DNA of 64,000 nt, taken from NCBI GenBank assembly GCA_051362555.1, contig CM120643.1, positions 1,984,001 through 2,048,000 of the forward strand, in the 5' to 3' direction. Numbering within the stretch: the first letter of the stretch is position 1; each line of letters begins with the position of its first letter. Of this stretch, positions 36,811 to 51,312 are shown piece after piece. Both the position numbers and the translations under genes were made by a program. The stretch comes from Lingula anatina. Its lineage: Eukaryota; Animalia; Brachiopoda. The notes below the pieces were generated by a model. The model worked only from the letters and a program-made list of their open reading frames with translations, had not been told where the DNA came from and made no database searches.

Positions 36811-39800
36811 ATGACAGGACAAGGAGGCATGGCCGTGCTTCTGATCATCGCTTTGACAAAAGTGACATCCGTTACTGGCGCGGGTCCCATCCCTCTCACT
36901 CCGGAGGAAGAGGCTCAAAGAGACAATGCCACGGCTGCTATGGCTGACCTTCCACCTGAGGATCAGATGGAACTGCCCGCCGGTCCAGTAGGTAAGTTAC
37001 AATAAGTTCACTAAGATTGTAAACTAAACCGAATATGAAAATGAATATAATAAATAAAATCATACAGGCATTTAAAATAAATTAAAACTAGAAATTATAA
37101 ACTAAAAGACCAAAGCTTTAAAACAAGAAAAACAAGAACTACAGGTATAAAACAAGAATTATAAGATATTATTATATTATAATTTGGAGCAGTATTTTAC
37201 ATGAAATGTAAAAGACTGTGCAAAGTATGATTTAAAACGCTCCGTTTTCATTCTTGATTTAAAATCTGTTGCTGACCCTGAGATTTCTTGGATTCTTTTT
37301 TTTAAACAGATGGTGTTACTTATCAAAATTCTTATCAAAATTTGTGCAATAGTTCTTGAATAAAACGTCTCTTCTCTCCCTCAGAGAGGTCCGATTACTA
37401 GTTTGTAGGGCATCCTTGTAAGAATTAAATGGGTAAATAATTCTAAGAGCTCTCCTTTGAACAGTTTCTAAGCATTCACATTGCTTGGCTGTAAGACCAG
37501 GCCCCCACACAGGGCATGCACATTCTAGGACTGATCTAACTTGATTGATATATAACTATTAGATCCTCAGTGTCCAGATTTGCCCTTTTTCAACTGCCTG
37601 AGATAAAAAAAGCTTGGCACAAGACTTGGGATAAATCAACTGCACATGTTCTGTCCACTTGAGATCAGGGGTCAGAGTTACTCCTAGTAGCTTAAATGTA
37701 CTCACTTTTTTGACAATTTCTGCATCTACCAATAGTGTTAGGATAGTATCTATACATTTGGTAAAGTTAAAATCCATACATTCTGTCTGCTTAACGTTCA
37801 AATTCATATTGTTTTTCTAACCCAATTTTCAAGTTGCTCTATTGCCTGTGGAAGTAGTGACTTTTGGCCAAACTGACAAATTTCATAAATAGATGAGTCA
37901 TCAATTTTATATCTGGGCAGCAGGTTTTTAGATCATTTATCGTTGCTATAAACAGGGTTGGACCTACCTTTGTCCCCTGAGGTACCCCTCCATTAAACCG
38001 AACCCAGTCAGATTTACACTGACCACATTTCACTCTATGATACCTTTAGCATACAAAGGAGTAAATCCACTTCCTAATAAACTCTGGAATCCCCTGACTG
38101 CCCAGTTTTTCAATTAAGATGCTGTGGTCTATTCTGTCGAACGCCTTAGAAAAATCTAAAAAAAAACTTGGGAATAAGATTTGATTTTAGCAGATGGTTC
38201 ACGACCTTCTGGTACTTTGTGAGTCAGCTCTAGCAGAGCGTGGGTAGTAGAGCTATTTTGAACTACTCCAAATTGGGACATATCGATTTGCAGGCCACCC
38301 ATCACCCATTTTGCCACAAATGACTCTACTATTTTACTCAACACTGGTGTAAGCGATATTGGTCTAAGATCAGCCTCTATCACTTTTGGTTGGTTAATTT
38401 TGAAATGTATAAAGAGTGCTATTTAAACTTATAAATATTATATAATTAAAGTAGATCAAAGTCGATCAAATAATTAAAGAATAGTTTCTAAAGATCTGGC
38501 AGTTCTAAATTACTGGAAGGCCTCGACATCTATGCGTTGTCAATCTTTAACTTACTCAAAATCACCTGATGTCAGGGAAGGCTATGCAAACTTCCGTTAA
38601 GTTATTTTACGTGTTGGCAAAAATGGTATTACACCTTTATTGTAGCTTTTAACAAGTTTGGTCATCTAAAGCATTGATAATCTGTTATATATGTAGTATG
38701 TTATATAGTATGGAGTATAAGATTCAAATTTCAAGTTCTCAAAAGTGTGTTTCGAGAAAATTTTGAGTCGTCAGTATCATTTTTACATATTCCAGATGAA
38801 ATACAATCTACTTACGCCATCGGCGTCGTTTGCCGTTCAGGGAATCCCCTGCACGGTGCAGGTGTCAAGATCGAGCGGAATCTCCATTTAGGAGATTCTT
38901 TTACGCACTATGCAGCGAGAAAAAGTAGCCTGTAACATAGTTTCTTACGATACGCAAAAGAAACCCAGAAAATATTATTGGATAAGTTTAGACTCAAACT
39001 ATATTGAAAATACTTCCAGAGACCGAACTCCCCCCAGTTGCTCGAGAAGTTGTGGTTTCTTTCAGTAAATCTGATTGAACTCAGCGAGACTCCCTGCGAA
39101 GTTGAATTGATCTACAAAGAAAGAAAGTTTAATAAGAAATGAACTATTTTTTGGCGGGTGTACGCGCAATTGACCAATAGATATGATTTAAGCATACACC
39201 TTCAAATCTAGTCCCTTAGAAAACGCCAAGGTCACATTAGCCTCATTACCGACAATATAGGCCTGCCTTATAGTAAGAAGGTATACATTGTTACGAAAGG
39301 ACAAAGAGTTATGCTTTTTACTGACGACTTACGAAAAGTAAGCACATTTTATGTGGTTAACGACCTTCAGTATTTAATACTTTATACATCTTTAACAAAA
39401 TCTATAAACAGATATTACACTAGCAAAAATGAAAATGGTTTGAAACAATATCGAAGGACACCTTATAGAAAAATTTGGATAGTCGCTGCGCAGCCTCCAG
39501 CCGGAGTGTCCTTTCTCTGTCCGCCTGTGAGTGCAAATGTCTGAATAGACTAAGAATGGGTTCCCATGGCTAGATCATGGCTAGATCAAAGGTTTGGTGG
39601 TGACTATGTTGTTAAACATTATGCAATATTGCATCAAAATTGAAGATAACTTCATTTTGGGCACTGTCTCCATACTCACAATTTAAGATAAAACATGTCC
39701 ATTACTCTTCTCAAACTTACAGGAAAAATACAGCTTCACTTAGAAATCTAGTCTGATTGGCTACTTTTTCTGAAAGTTATACAGTTGTTTTATGAAAATG

Positions 39801-42253
39801 TAATCTTTCACACATCAGCATTTCAGGATGCGATTTTGAACTTCGATGGGCTGGAAGTCCTTTGCTAGTCACATTTTCTGACTGTCCATGATACTTATTT
39901 GATAATTGAAAATTGATGGGATAACGCTATTAGGCATTGTGTTATAGTGAATCAAAATTAAAAATAAAAAACTTTTTGTGCACTGCCACCATGATGCAAT
40001 TAAGGAAAAACCATGTTATCAAACTTAAAAAAGGAAACATATGACTAATAAACTGCAGCCCTAGTTGGAAAAGTAGTCTAATTCACTTCTTTTTCTGGAA
40101 CATATACCCTTTTGCGAAATTTTCATTTTTTCACATATTGGTATTTCGTTGTGGGGATTAGAATCCCATGGCATGAAGCTTGATGCTAATCAAATTTTCT
40201 ATATTTCCATGCTATTAGATATTTGAAAATTGCTGTTAATTATATAATATTGCATCAAAATTGCCCAAAATCTACATTGTGCACGGCCACATCGAATGTT
40301 ATGCAACGAAAACTTTGTGACTTATTGTTTGTTAACTTCCTGATTCTTAGGATTGTATACATATCAAATTAGAAAAACAGCTCTATTGAATTTTATTTTC
40401 AAAATTAATATATGCAAATGTTTTGTGAAATCTTCACTTCATATTCTGATATGTTCAAAGTATGCACTTGTACTCTCATGGGACTGAAGCCATATGCTTG
40501 TTATACATTGTACTTCCATCGGTTACATCGTTTGACTTTGCAGTTAAGCATAATGTATTATTGCATCAGAATTGACAGTTTCCAATTTTGTGCATTATTA
40601 TTTTTTGCTTTTTGTCTGACATTTGTCAGCTTTGCTGTCTTGTTTTTTTTTTTGTACTGTCTTTTTCATTTCCGCTGTTAGTACGGGATGTTTTCAAACG
40701 GATTGTCGTTGACCTGAGTCGCTCTTTTTGACACCATATTTTATACCATAGGTCACTCGGTAACTTCAATAAAGACATTTTTTCTTTTTTCTTTTCAATT
40801 TCTTGCGTATTGGTTGCATTCACCTTGACTTAGATCATTTAATGGTGACGTTGTACCTTTTGTGCACCTTTTATGGATGTACTGGGATGTATCCAAATTA
40901 TATTATTAGTGTTCCTTCATTATTCAAGTTGCCCCTGTCCATTTCAGCGCCAATCCCGGCTTGTGAATGCCATGCGCATGGTGATGTCCGCTATGTTACG
41001 TGTGATGGGGAAATCTTCAGATATAACACCCTGCCCACCGATATAGGTATAATGGCAAAGCCTAATATGAGCTGGCTTTGGTATGTACAAACGGAACACG
41101 AATTTTTTAGTGGTAAGAAGACTCGCCTGGCAGGAGTGAAATTAAAGGTATTTTCTTACTACGCGAAAATTGAGTACAAAAAGACTACAAATAAAGATGG
41201 ACTGTTCAGAATAGAGGTAAGTTTAACCGCTCTCTTTCTCTGTCTTCTCACTCTCTCTGTCTCAGGCCACTTAGTATGCTTCCAATATGTAAGGACATGG
41301 ATCCCGTGACATGGATCCCGTGAGCAATTTAGCTACATTAAAATTGGTACTCGATGCATCTATGGTTGTTATATAATAGACACTGAAAACGATGTCCAGC
41401 GTTTTCTTCTTATTACTTCCTACAGCGGAGGAGGTCGTTTTTGTCACCGTTGTTGGGTTTGCCATCGTTTGCACTCAGTTCAGCTGATCGCTTTTGTTTG
41501 TTCGTTTGTTTGAATGCCAAGCGCATAAAAAGAAATTAACGGATTTTGATGAATTTTTCGGAATAGATCACAAATAGCAAAAGGATGTAATTATTAGAAT
41601 TTGGTAATGAACCAGTAATGAATAAATATTAATGAATGAATATATTAATTATGTACGGATTTTAATGAATTTTTTACTGGATATGTAAGAAATTGGCCAC
41701 TTTCATAAAATTTGTTAGAGAGGTCAGAAATGGACAAAAAAGAAATGAGAAGATTTGGTGATGATCCATTAATTAATTCATGAATTAATTATTACTTTTT
41801 TATTCGTCGTGTCAGAGGTTGCTCTATCTGAGCCGTTATCTAGTAATAAATTTAACGGTTATTATAATGGTAAGATAACAATATCGGGGTTTTGTATCAT
41901 TGCAGGTCGGAAAAGAATCTGATCCTGATAACCCTATATGGGAAAAGGAAATAAATCTCAATCTCGGTGCTGTACTTCCTCTTGAATTATTCAACAAGTT
42001 CGGTTTGAAGATCTCCATAATTGAGAAGGATGGCAAACCGACCATTGAGGTTCGTTCCACGATCTTGCCAGCAGTCCTGTTTGAGTTTAAGATACATGTG
42101 TTACGACATTGTCTCCAGATTACCATTCCTCCGATCTGGTCTGGTTTCATGGAAGGCATATGTGGAGATTGGGACGGAAATCCAGGGAACGATGTAGTGA
42201 TTCTTGACAGCTGGCCACAGGTTATGCCAATACCGTTTAGGGGATTCCCTTAA
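36811..42253 (+). CDS. Secreted single-VWD-domain protein, gene 3; join(36811..36991,40948..41216,41906..42253), 265 aa
   Basis: Close paralog of gene 2 with intact splice sites and a 798 nt open frame. Confidence 0.87.
37200..38395 (-). mobile_element. Decayed CR1/L2-group LINE RT fragment in gene 3 intron 1
   Basis: Duplicate of 18840-20035 (DLRPISLTPVLSKIVESFV, GVPQGTKVGP, LETVQRRALRII). Confidence 0.85.
38785..38886 (-). pseudogene. Inverted fragment of VWD exon 3 end inside gene 3 intron 1
   Basis: Same antisense piece as 20421-20518. The minus strand reads LTPAPCRGFPERQTTPM then gtaagt. Confidence 0.85.
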
Positions 42254-42324
42254 CGGCAAACGACGCCAATGATGTAAGTGGATTGCATTTTAACTGGAAT
42301 ATATATATAAAATATACCCACGAC

Positions 42325-42351
42325 CTCTCTCTCTCTCTCACACACACACAC

Positions 42352-42392
<41 letters not shown>

Positions 42393-42500
42393 GCATCCCC
42401 CAGAAAACGTTTTTCCTAAAAAAATTATTACACATCTGACTAATCAGGTTTAGAAATATTAATTATGTTTCCTGATTTTTGAGCCTTTTGTTCTCTCTCT

Positions 42501-42563
<63 letters not shown>
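42325..42563. repeat. (CT)n, (CA)n and (AT)n microsatellites in the gene 3 3'UTR intron
   Basis: Seen directly. They are expanded relative to the gene 2 copy. Confidence 0.9.
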
Positions 42564-42567
<4 letters not shown>

Positions 42568-44689
42568 CATTACTGATATTCACGGCTGAAAAAATATAAT
42601 ATTTTTCTCTTTAAACCAGGATATAACTCTACGATCCATGACGTGATGACCAAAGAGCGACTACCACAAACTCTATACAAACTATGTCTTCTTTCTCCAG
42701 TCATTGATGTTCATGTGGAACACGGGAAGCGCTGGTTTCACAGCCGTTGACTTGGGGTACTATATGGTCCATGTTACTTAAACTTTTAAAAGCCTATTCC
42801 CATGGAATCTTTCTATCTTTTGAGTTACAGAATTGAGTAAAACTGATTATATGACTCACATTTTGTTCATTGGTGAACGTCCATGTGAGAGTAGAAAATC
42901 GACAAAAGGAACGAAATTATGGACAATGGAACTGAAATTTGTGGGGTGCACGCTCCTCTTTTGGTTCTACGATAACTGTTCTATTTTTTGTTTGTTTGTT
43001 TTTATTTTAACATTGGTCGAAGTGCAAATTCTTGCATGTGGGTTTTTGTAAAGAGATTGAATCAAACATTTTGCAGTAACAAGTGTATGACATTATTTCG
43101 AGGATGTAAACAAGTATGGAGAAATCTGTGAACACAAGACTGATCATAGCAGAGAAAATCATCTTTGGCACTTAAAACAAATGCAATATGTCGCAAAAGA
43201 ATAAGAGTAATTCCAGTACTTTTTTATAATTTTCAAAAGTCTTGGTTAGTGGTGAAGTACAGTAGAAACGTGATGTAATGATAATAGCTTCAAAATGTAT
43301 TTGTATTTTTAATTTTTGATTTATATTTCTCTTCAATTCGTTTCGCCGTGCTTGTAGCTTTAAAATCGTTATAAAATGATATCATCGATATCAAATATCT
43401 GTAGTTTGTTTTAAATATGTTTAAGGGAAATATAAGGTATTCCGTTTTTTTTTTTGGGTAAGAAAGGGCTAGCATACAACATTATGTCAGATCTTAGCGG
43501 AGGGGAGGGGGTCAAAAGTATGTAATATTACAAACAGACGACAGGATCAATAACACCACAATTTGACGGATAAATGCTTCTTTTTTGTCGTTAATTTTTC
43601 TTTTCAAAGAGCAAGAAGAGATAGCTCAGAAGCTGAGGGCAGGGCGCGTGCCCACTGACCCATCCAGATAATGTTCTTATAAGTTATTAATAAATTACAC
43701 GGTACGCGGCTATTTAAGGGCTAATGGCAAAAATAAAAAAAAATGTTCAAGTTCAAAAAGTAAAAAAATTAAGCCTGATTTAAGCGAACCTTTGATGAAA
43801 TCATCCTAAAGAAGAAAATTTCAGTAAAAAAATACAAAATAAATAAATATATAAATAATGATAACAATATTAATAAACGAAACTAATATAACCAAACTCA
43901 CCCCTCCCCATTTACTACTCAGATGCACGTGCATGAGGTCAAGTGAGTTCTTGATTCACAGGAGAGAATGGCGTTTTTTGAATAATTTTAATCGACCATG
44001 ATTCATATTGTAAAATGCTTTCGTTGACAAGGAGCCTGGAGGAAAAGTGAGTGTGTGTGTGTGTGTGTGTGTGTGCGTGGGGGGGGGGGGTGAAATGTAG
44101 ATGACAGGTACTGTACAGTGTCGCCGGAGTCTAGCCTTACTGCCGCAGGAACTTCCTGCCCTGCACCGCAGGACCGGGCAATATAGCCTGCATGATGATT
44201 GCAAGGTAGGAGAATCAGCATGTAATGCTGATAGGTCGCCCAAATTTGTCGGTCCAAGGAACTCAATCTACTCCTAAATGACCTCATGCCAGTTTTTTTT
44301 TTTATCGTTAATGCAAAGAGATTGCTATGGACACGAGCAAACTAACGGGTTAAGTTGTATCAGCCACAACGGAAGACTAGAGTGAAAACAGTGCGAATAA
44401 GAGAATAAAATGCTGAAGAACAAAACCAGTCATAATTTAAAAACTTTTTGACACCTTGAATCTAGTTGAATTATTTAAAGAGTCACGAACAACACTGAAA
44501 TAAATAATTAAAAACAGTTGATACATAAAGTAAATAGCAATGTCTCAAATTGTTTCTTATAACATGTGGTGCTTGTTTAAAAGCCAGATGCATTCCTTTC
44601 CCTTTCGTTCACTGCTGGAATCACCTTCTTCATGTGATTTATGTATGTATTTTTTATGTGATTTATGTTTTTTTTTTCGCATGCCTCCC

Positions 44690-47600
44690 GAATGTATTCA
44701 ACTAGTTCTTTTTGTGGTGTACATAACGCGTTGTCATCGGGAATTAGAAAGAAACACGCGCTTATAGATGACAGGTTTTGCAATCGGTCAGCAAATTAAA
44801 ATAAATGGCTGTTGGCTGCAAATAACCCACTCACGGTCCTCTGTATATAAACCAGACTGGACTTTCAGTACCATACGGCACTGGGAGTAGGGGTGCTACA
44901 CGTGTATCCGTCACCGCACACCCCTCGTTTCCCGTCTGCACCCCCTTCTTCTGCATGAATTATACTGGCACATTAGAACGATGACACGCATATCTCACTT
45001 TTCTTAAAATAAAATAGATATTTTCTTAAATCTCGATATTTTCTTAAATCTCTCTGAAATTCATTGAAACAATTGTGTTTGCGGAGTCTTGGCACAAATT
45101 GTGGTATACCGTACGCGCGGCGGCGGTCATTGCGTTAGATGAGACTTAGAAAACACAATCTGAATCTGCGATAACCCTTGCTAATAGCAGCACACACTTA
45201 CAGCAACAATCAAAATCTAAATTTCGTGAAAATAAATCAACGATAATTTTGCAGTTGTGCTGCCTGTATGATTTGCACAGGTGGATTCTCTAAAATCTCT
45301 TTCCACTTTGCCGTCCCACTGCTGCTCCATTCCCCCCGGATCCCTCAGTGAATATACGTCGAGCGGCATAATTGAAACCCTCTGGACCCTCCCACTGTGC
45401 CGCCACTCCCCCCTGGTCCCCCAGTGAATATAAAGCAAGCAGCATTATTGCCTCTATTTACTTAAAGTCCTTGACTTATTTTAATACTCACTCAAGGCAA
45501 AGTTTACTCTATTACAACTGAAATCTAATCTGACAATTCAGACAACCTTTAACAATAACAAACATATCTAGTAATTAACACGGAACTCACCGTTCACGCC
45601 CTAGACCTATTGTGAATCAAGCTAGCTATGTCTATTTTCCAAGTCACCGTGAAGACTGTTCAAAATGTAAAAAGGTTATTCCTTTAAATGTTAGATACAC
45701 ATTTAACCAATAATTAGACATAAAAAACCCCAAATGATGATATTTAGCGATATTCGGGTACATTCCCCCCTGAACTGGTAACTGGAGGGTTGGCAAAAAC
45801 ATAATTCAGAAGAAACTACTTGGAATAGCATGTGTGAGGAGGAGAACCATTTGACATACGTTGCAACAATCTCTGTCGTATAGTGGCTGTGTTTAGCATA
45901 TGCGTGTTACACCATGTAATTCAGGGAAACAAGACAAGCATGTATGATTTGTTTGAGAAATCATACAGTTATAGCGCAATTTATGACATTCTTATGTATT
46001 ATTGTGTAATAGTGGCCTCAAACCCACTTTTGTCAGCTTGCTGAATTATTTATGGAAAGTTGCCACATTGTGATGCTCAGCAGTTCTGTAGAATTCTAGG
46101 TTTGTCGGTGAATCCTTTTAAAAATATTTTGATATATTAAATCTCTCAAATTTATTTGAAAGTTAAGTGAAACATTTGAAGAATTTACCACTAGACTAAC
46201 TGCTGATACCTGCTTCACAGATATTATATATTATACAATATAAGAGCAGCATATTACACCAGCACGCACAGGGGTAGCTGCTAATACATCTCACTGACCA
46301 CAAATAGGTTAACCCAGTAGCAGGTTGCTCATATGACTTAATACGTCACTGTACTGATCTGTTCCATTTCATCTACAGCGAAGAGTTCTTTGCAATAACA
46401 GAGGAAATATTCAAGATATAAAATGCTAAATGACCACAAGGATATCGAGGCAGAGCAAGTTTGACGTGACCTGCATACACGTTGGTATTTATTTGTTCTT
46501 CTGTATGATAAAAGACAAATACTGTGATTAATGAAGTGATGACAGTGAAGAAACTCGTGTGAGAACCAAGTGGGGGAAAGCAGGACCAAGTAGAAACACG
46601 TTAATGTGTCCTAATTTTAACCTTTTTTTAATTGAGATTTTGCCAACCGATCTTAGAGATAGACATGTCAGGTTGAACCCGGTAAGATCCAACATCTAAA
46701 GTTATGACTGTCGAAGATAATACTAATATCAAGGGAATTGTTGAACTAACGTATGAAATTGAAAAAAGTACTGAACATTGAATACGTAATTGCCTATCAT
46801 TTAGTGGGTTTAATATAAAACATTAGCTGTGTCAATGATGGATAAATATTTACTGACTCATTGGTGAGATTGAGGATTACTGATGACAATGTGCTGTGGA
46901 TAAGGATGTGATAGATGAAGATGCTGGTGTCGATCAGGAGACTGAAATGTGGATTGAAAATAAACTGCTCACTGGAGGTAAGACAAAGGAAATGTAGTTG
47001 AAAAGGAGATTTAATGTAATTGAAATTTCGATGCACATATTTTAGAGTGACACACTACTTATAAAACTATTTCAGTGATAAATGAAATTAGATTTCTCGA
47101 AATATTATCAATAATCTTTCCACTTTTGATTATGTTCCGCAAGGTGAAAGCTAGCCAAAGTTAAGTAATGAACACGGCAATGTACACTTTGACTACAGTG
47201 ACCACGTCTGTGTCAATTTTAATATTTAGGTTTAGTTTGAATCTTTGCTAAAGGCTTCAATATCAGTCTAGGGGGAAAAAAGCCTGACCTGACCCCCGCC
47301 AGCTCTGAATTGGTGTTTAAATTGGTGTTGGCAGGTATCATGCACAGGTCCGTTTCTCTGTGTTTTAATATGCCACATTAAATCGGTTATATTCAATATG
47401 AGGTATGTTCTTATAGTGTGATGCGATGTATGTTGCTTGATGAATATTAAGTAATATCTGATGCTAGCCCAGTCCATTCACCTTGCATTATGGCGTAATC
47501 GATGGACCATTGAAGAATAAATACTACACGCATTATCCCAACACCCAATCTACTCAGCTTGCTGGGTTATTCGGAACTGTTACATTTTTCTACTCAGTGT

Positions 47601-48960
47601 TTTGGAAAAAAACATAAAATGAAGATGTGTAAATAAGATAGTGTGACTTACTTATCTGTAAAAGCCAGAAAAGTAATACTGCATTCACACGTGAAAAAAT
47701 TCGGATGATTATACACAGTTTCAGTCCAACTCTTCAGCATAAAATACAAGATATGTTTTCTTCAGTTCAGATAAATTTCTCTTTAACCACAAACATGTTA
47801 ACGAAGTAACAGATAACTTATGGCTTGGTTTTGAAAAACGTTGAATATTTGATTGTATCTTTGATAAATCGCTCATGATAGGGAGGATTTGGGATTGTGC
47901 ATATTAAGAGGTGCTGACAGAGGAAGTTTATTGATAGTTTTGAAATGCTAAGTATAAAAAACAATATATCTGGAGTATTTATAGGCTCGTCATATTCTAA
48001 AATATCATATTGGTTTTAAATCACTTGACGTAATTTAATTGGAAATTAAACGTTGATTTTCCATAAATGCAGATTTCCATTTAACACACAAGGTACGTTT
48101 AATCTCGTATTTGACAAATCGTACGAAAAAACAGTTTAATCATTTAGCCTTTGGAGGTTTTATGTTCAACGTTTACCACAAATGGAAGCTTTTTCGCTCA
48201 ATCACTTAATTAAATATACGACGTCTTTGCTTTTTCCATCATATTTTACCTCAGTTCCCAACCGTTTATCAAAATGAGGTACTCGCAACACCATTCTTCA
48301 ATAGCTCAGACAGCGTCCTGAAACAACTTAAACAAATTTATAACTGGTTAGAAATCGAAACAAAAATGCCTGATTAGGAATAAAATAGAAATTAAAAAAC
48401 TGAAAACCGGAAAACTTTCATACCGTTAGCTTACGGCCAAACTGGACATGGGCACTCATCAGACTGATGTGAGTACATGTAGATGTTGTTGCTCTGTGAC
48501 CGCTAGCTAAGAAAGGCTTGAAAATGAATTGGCTTGTGTTTGATAATTTTCAGTAATTATGAAGTAATGATATTTTGGAAGATATATCTGATCACGAGGG
48601 AGAAAATAAGGAAGGGTTTTTATAGGCTCGTCATATTCTAAAAAATCGTATTGTTTTTAAAACACTATAATGATGCCAGACAGTGGATTTAAATGAAAAC
48701 CAAATGCTGATTTTCCATAAATGCAGCATTTGAATTGGCACGTGAATAAAATCTCGAATTTGTTAGAATGTTCGGAAATAATTAATTATTTTGGCCTGTA
48801 AGGTTTTATGCTCAATGTATGCGGCGAAGAGATGCTGTCAGCTGGCTCAGCCATTTCATTAAATATTGCCATCATATTTTACCTGAGCTCCAAACACTAA
48901 TTAAAACCTTCAGATAAATCAAAAATTATTGACAAAAACAGAAATGGAAACATATGGCAT
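44690..48960 (+). repeat. Older, diverged copy of the intergenic blocks without a gene 1-3 type exon 1
   Basis: Collinear homology to 10440-11150 and 13400-16720, with a local re-duplication at about 48620-48960. Confidence 0.75.
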
Positions 48961-49957
48961 TAAAAAAACAACAGATTTTGCTACTCATGTAAAGACGAGT
49001 CATTGAATCACATTGCAATGAAGATCCCAATTCAATCTGATTCTTCTCAAGCCTTTACACCCACTGTCACCCCTTAATTCTCACTTAATTTTTCTAACAT
49101 TCTTTATAATTTCCTCCTTATTAATGTATATTTTCTCTCAATATGATTATAATAAATGCTGTATTTGAGATCTAAAAGATCAGCATCACGTGCTGTATTA
49201 AGCCATATAGGTGTTACTATGCTTACCTGTTTGTGGTAAGGGAGAAATTTACCTGTAACAAGGTGTCGGTGTGATACTGTAGAATAGTCTCTTTTTCTCT
49301 AATTTTATCCATCTGTCTTTTCCATTCTTTTCCCCATTGTTGTGTTGTTTTCCAATACCTGACTCTAGAAAGAGATCATGTCTTGTCTGCCCCAGCACTT
49401 CACACATTCAACCTTGCGTTGAACATTATCTTTGCAAGACAGCTTGTTCCTATCTCGACACAATTTTCAGCTACTTCATGTCATTTACAAACGCGTTCTT
49501 ATTAATACGTATTTGAAACATTTCTAAAAGAAACCATTACCTAATGCATACTTTAAATTATTGTATATGGATGTTAATGTACACATAATCGCCAGCTGTT
49601 CTGTATTCTCCTTAACGCCAGAAAATGTGTCAATCTGATTGCATTCAGTGAAGTCCCCGTGGAGTTAGTGTACAGTAGAAGAGTCGATATACTGGTGGTG
49701 AACGGACCCTTAATTATCTGGTATCCAGGGTTAGATACGGAGCCCTCTTTCCCAATTTAATACAGTGTTTTTTTTTTTTTATTTTTTTTTGGTTTTTTAA
49801 TTTATTCCCGTCACGTAAATTGTAAGGAACAATTACAGCATTCATAGCAAGTATGAAAACACTGCTTAAATATCAATCGACCTGATACATCATTGACGGT
49901 CTGCCACATCTTACCCCTGCAGGCCAATGTCATTACGTGTTAAAGCCCAATTGTATG

Positions 49958-50321
49958 CCCTTAGCAAATTGATAATTTTGAAGCAATATTGCAACATTAT
50001 TGCAGCAATATTGCTATAAAACAGGGGCGGATTTAGGGTATCTTCTGGGTCTTCCCGAAGACGGTCAGATTTTTAAGTTTACATTGACATTTTTTACATA
50101 AGTTTACATTTTCTGTCGGAAGACGGTCAAAAATGAAGGCTGGATCGACAAAGGTAATTGCGAAGACTGTCAGAAAATATTTTGAAAGAAAACATCTCTA
50201 GATCCGCCCCTGCAAACCTACTGCTAATTTGCAAGAAGGCGTCGCAGTTTGCAGCAATATTGTAGCAAATTTGTTGCAAATTTGCTGCGTATTTGCAGCA
50301 GGCCTGATATTTTGTAAAGGG
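49958..50321. mobile_element. MITE with CCCTT termini and 2-bp TG TSD (EnSpm-like), with nested GC-rich MITE at 50022-50212
   Basis: TG|CCCTTAGCAAATT ... ATTTTGTAAAGGG|TG, with internal GCAGCAAT/TTTGC repeats. The nested element reads CAGGGGCGGAT...ATCCGCCCCTG. Confidence 0.65.
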
Positions 50322-51261
50322 TGCTGTTTTCAATAAATAATTCGTCACGTTTACGTTACTCCACCATCATTTTCTTTTAAGAGCTTAAACGTTTTTTTAG
50401 TTATACACAGTGACCAGGTATAGCATGGGATTGCCCGTGTCTAGGGTGGATAAGCCTATCTATAGGGCACCTGGAGAAAATTTTAAGCTATCTTGGCAAA
50501 TATCCCTAATGAAGATGTTCTGCTAGACATTGAAATATTGGAGGTAATATCTATTTCATTATCAAGCTGGTGACTGAAGAAAAATTACTTCATTCGTATA
50601 ACATAACGCAGTTGATGAAATTCTTCCCTGAAATAGGTGTTGTTTTGATTTCACCAGCTGTTATTTAACCGCGCTCAAGGATTGTGGGAAGACAGAAGCT
50701 CATCACTAACTAACTGCCTGAGCCATTTTTATACGTTCATCAAGTTTCAGCCCTATCTTTCTTTCCACCCCTATCACGTGAAAAAGAAGAGGTGAGTAGT
50801 GAGGCAGAGCAAAACTTCAGAAATTTAAGCTCAGTGAAAATATGCTTCTGTTATCAGTAGCTTCTAAAATAATTTCCTTTCTATTCAATGTAATCTGACT
50901 GAACTTGTTTAGGTAATTGTTGTCAGGCAAAAAAGAGCATCAGCCTTAGGACTCCTTGATTTAAGGCATTCCCTTCAATAAAAACATAAATTATGCTGTC
51001 TTTCGTGTTCTTTACTGTATCACGATTTCCATATCTATCTTTCATATGTTTCGACTTCTGTGCGGATACAAATGAACAATTTAAAAAATAAAAATGCCAA
51101 CTCTTTTCCAGACTTTTTAAAACTGAAGAAAAAGTCACAATATAGAGAGGTGTGGAAATCGACATGTTAAAAAATTCGATGACGTCAACATTAATATTCA
51201 TCTAAACGCCTATTGGTAGATTCTATTCCACCTTAGTTTAAAACTAAGTGAACTGGAGAAC

Positions 51262-51268
51262 TATAAAA
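51262..51268 (+). promoter_or_regulatory. TATA box of VWD gene 4
   Basis: TATAAAA 51 nt upstream of an ATG in a strong context (ATCATGG). Confidence 0.5.
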
Positions 51269-51312
51269 GTCCCCACGAGAGATGAGAGATGAGATATCTG
51301 CTTACCGACATC

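Larger units (their letters stand above)
30290..44690 (+). repeat. Segmental duplication unit B (intergenic blocks + VWD gene 3 + 3' region)
   Basis: Copy of unit A. It lacks the 20522-24250 element and the segments at about 14590-16150 and 24950-26460. Confidence 0.85.
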
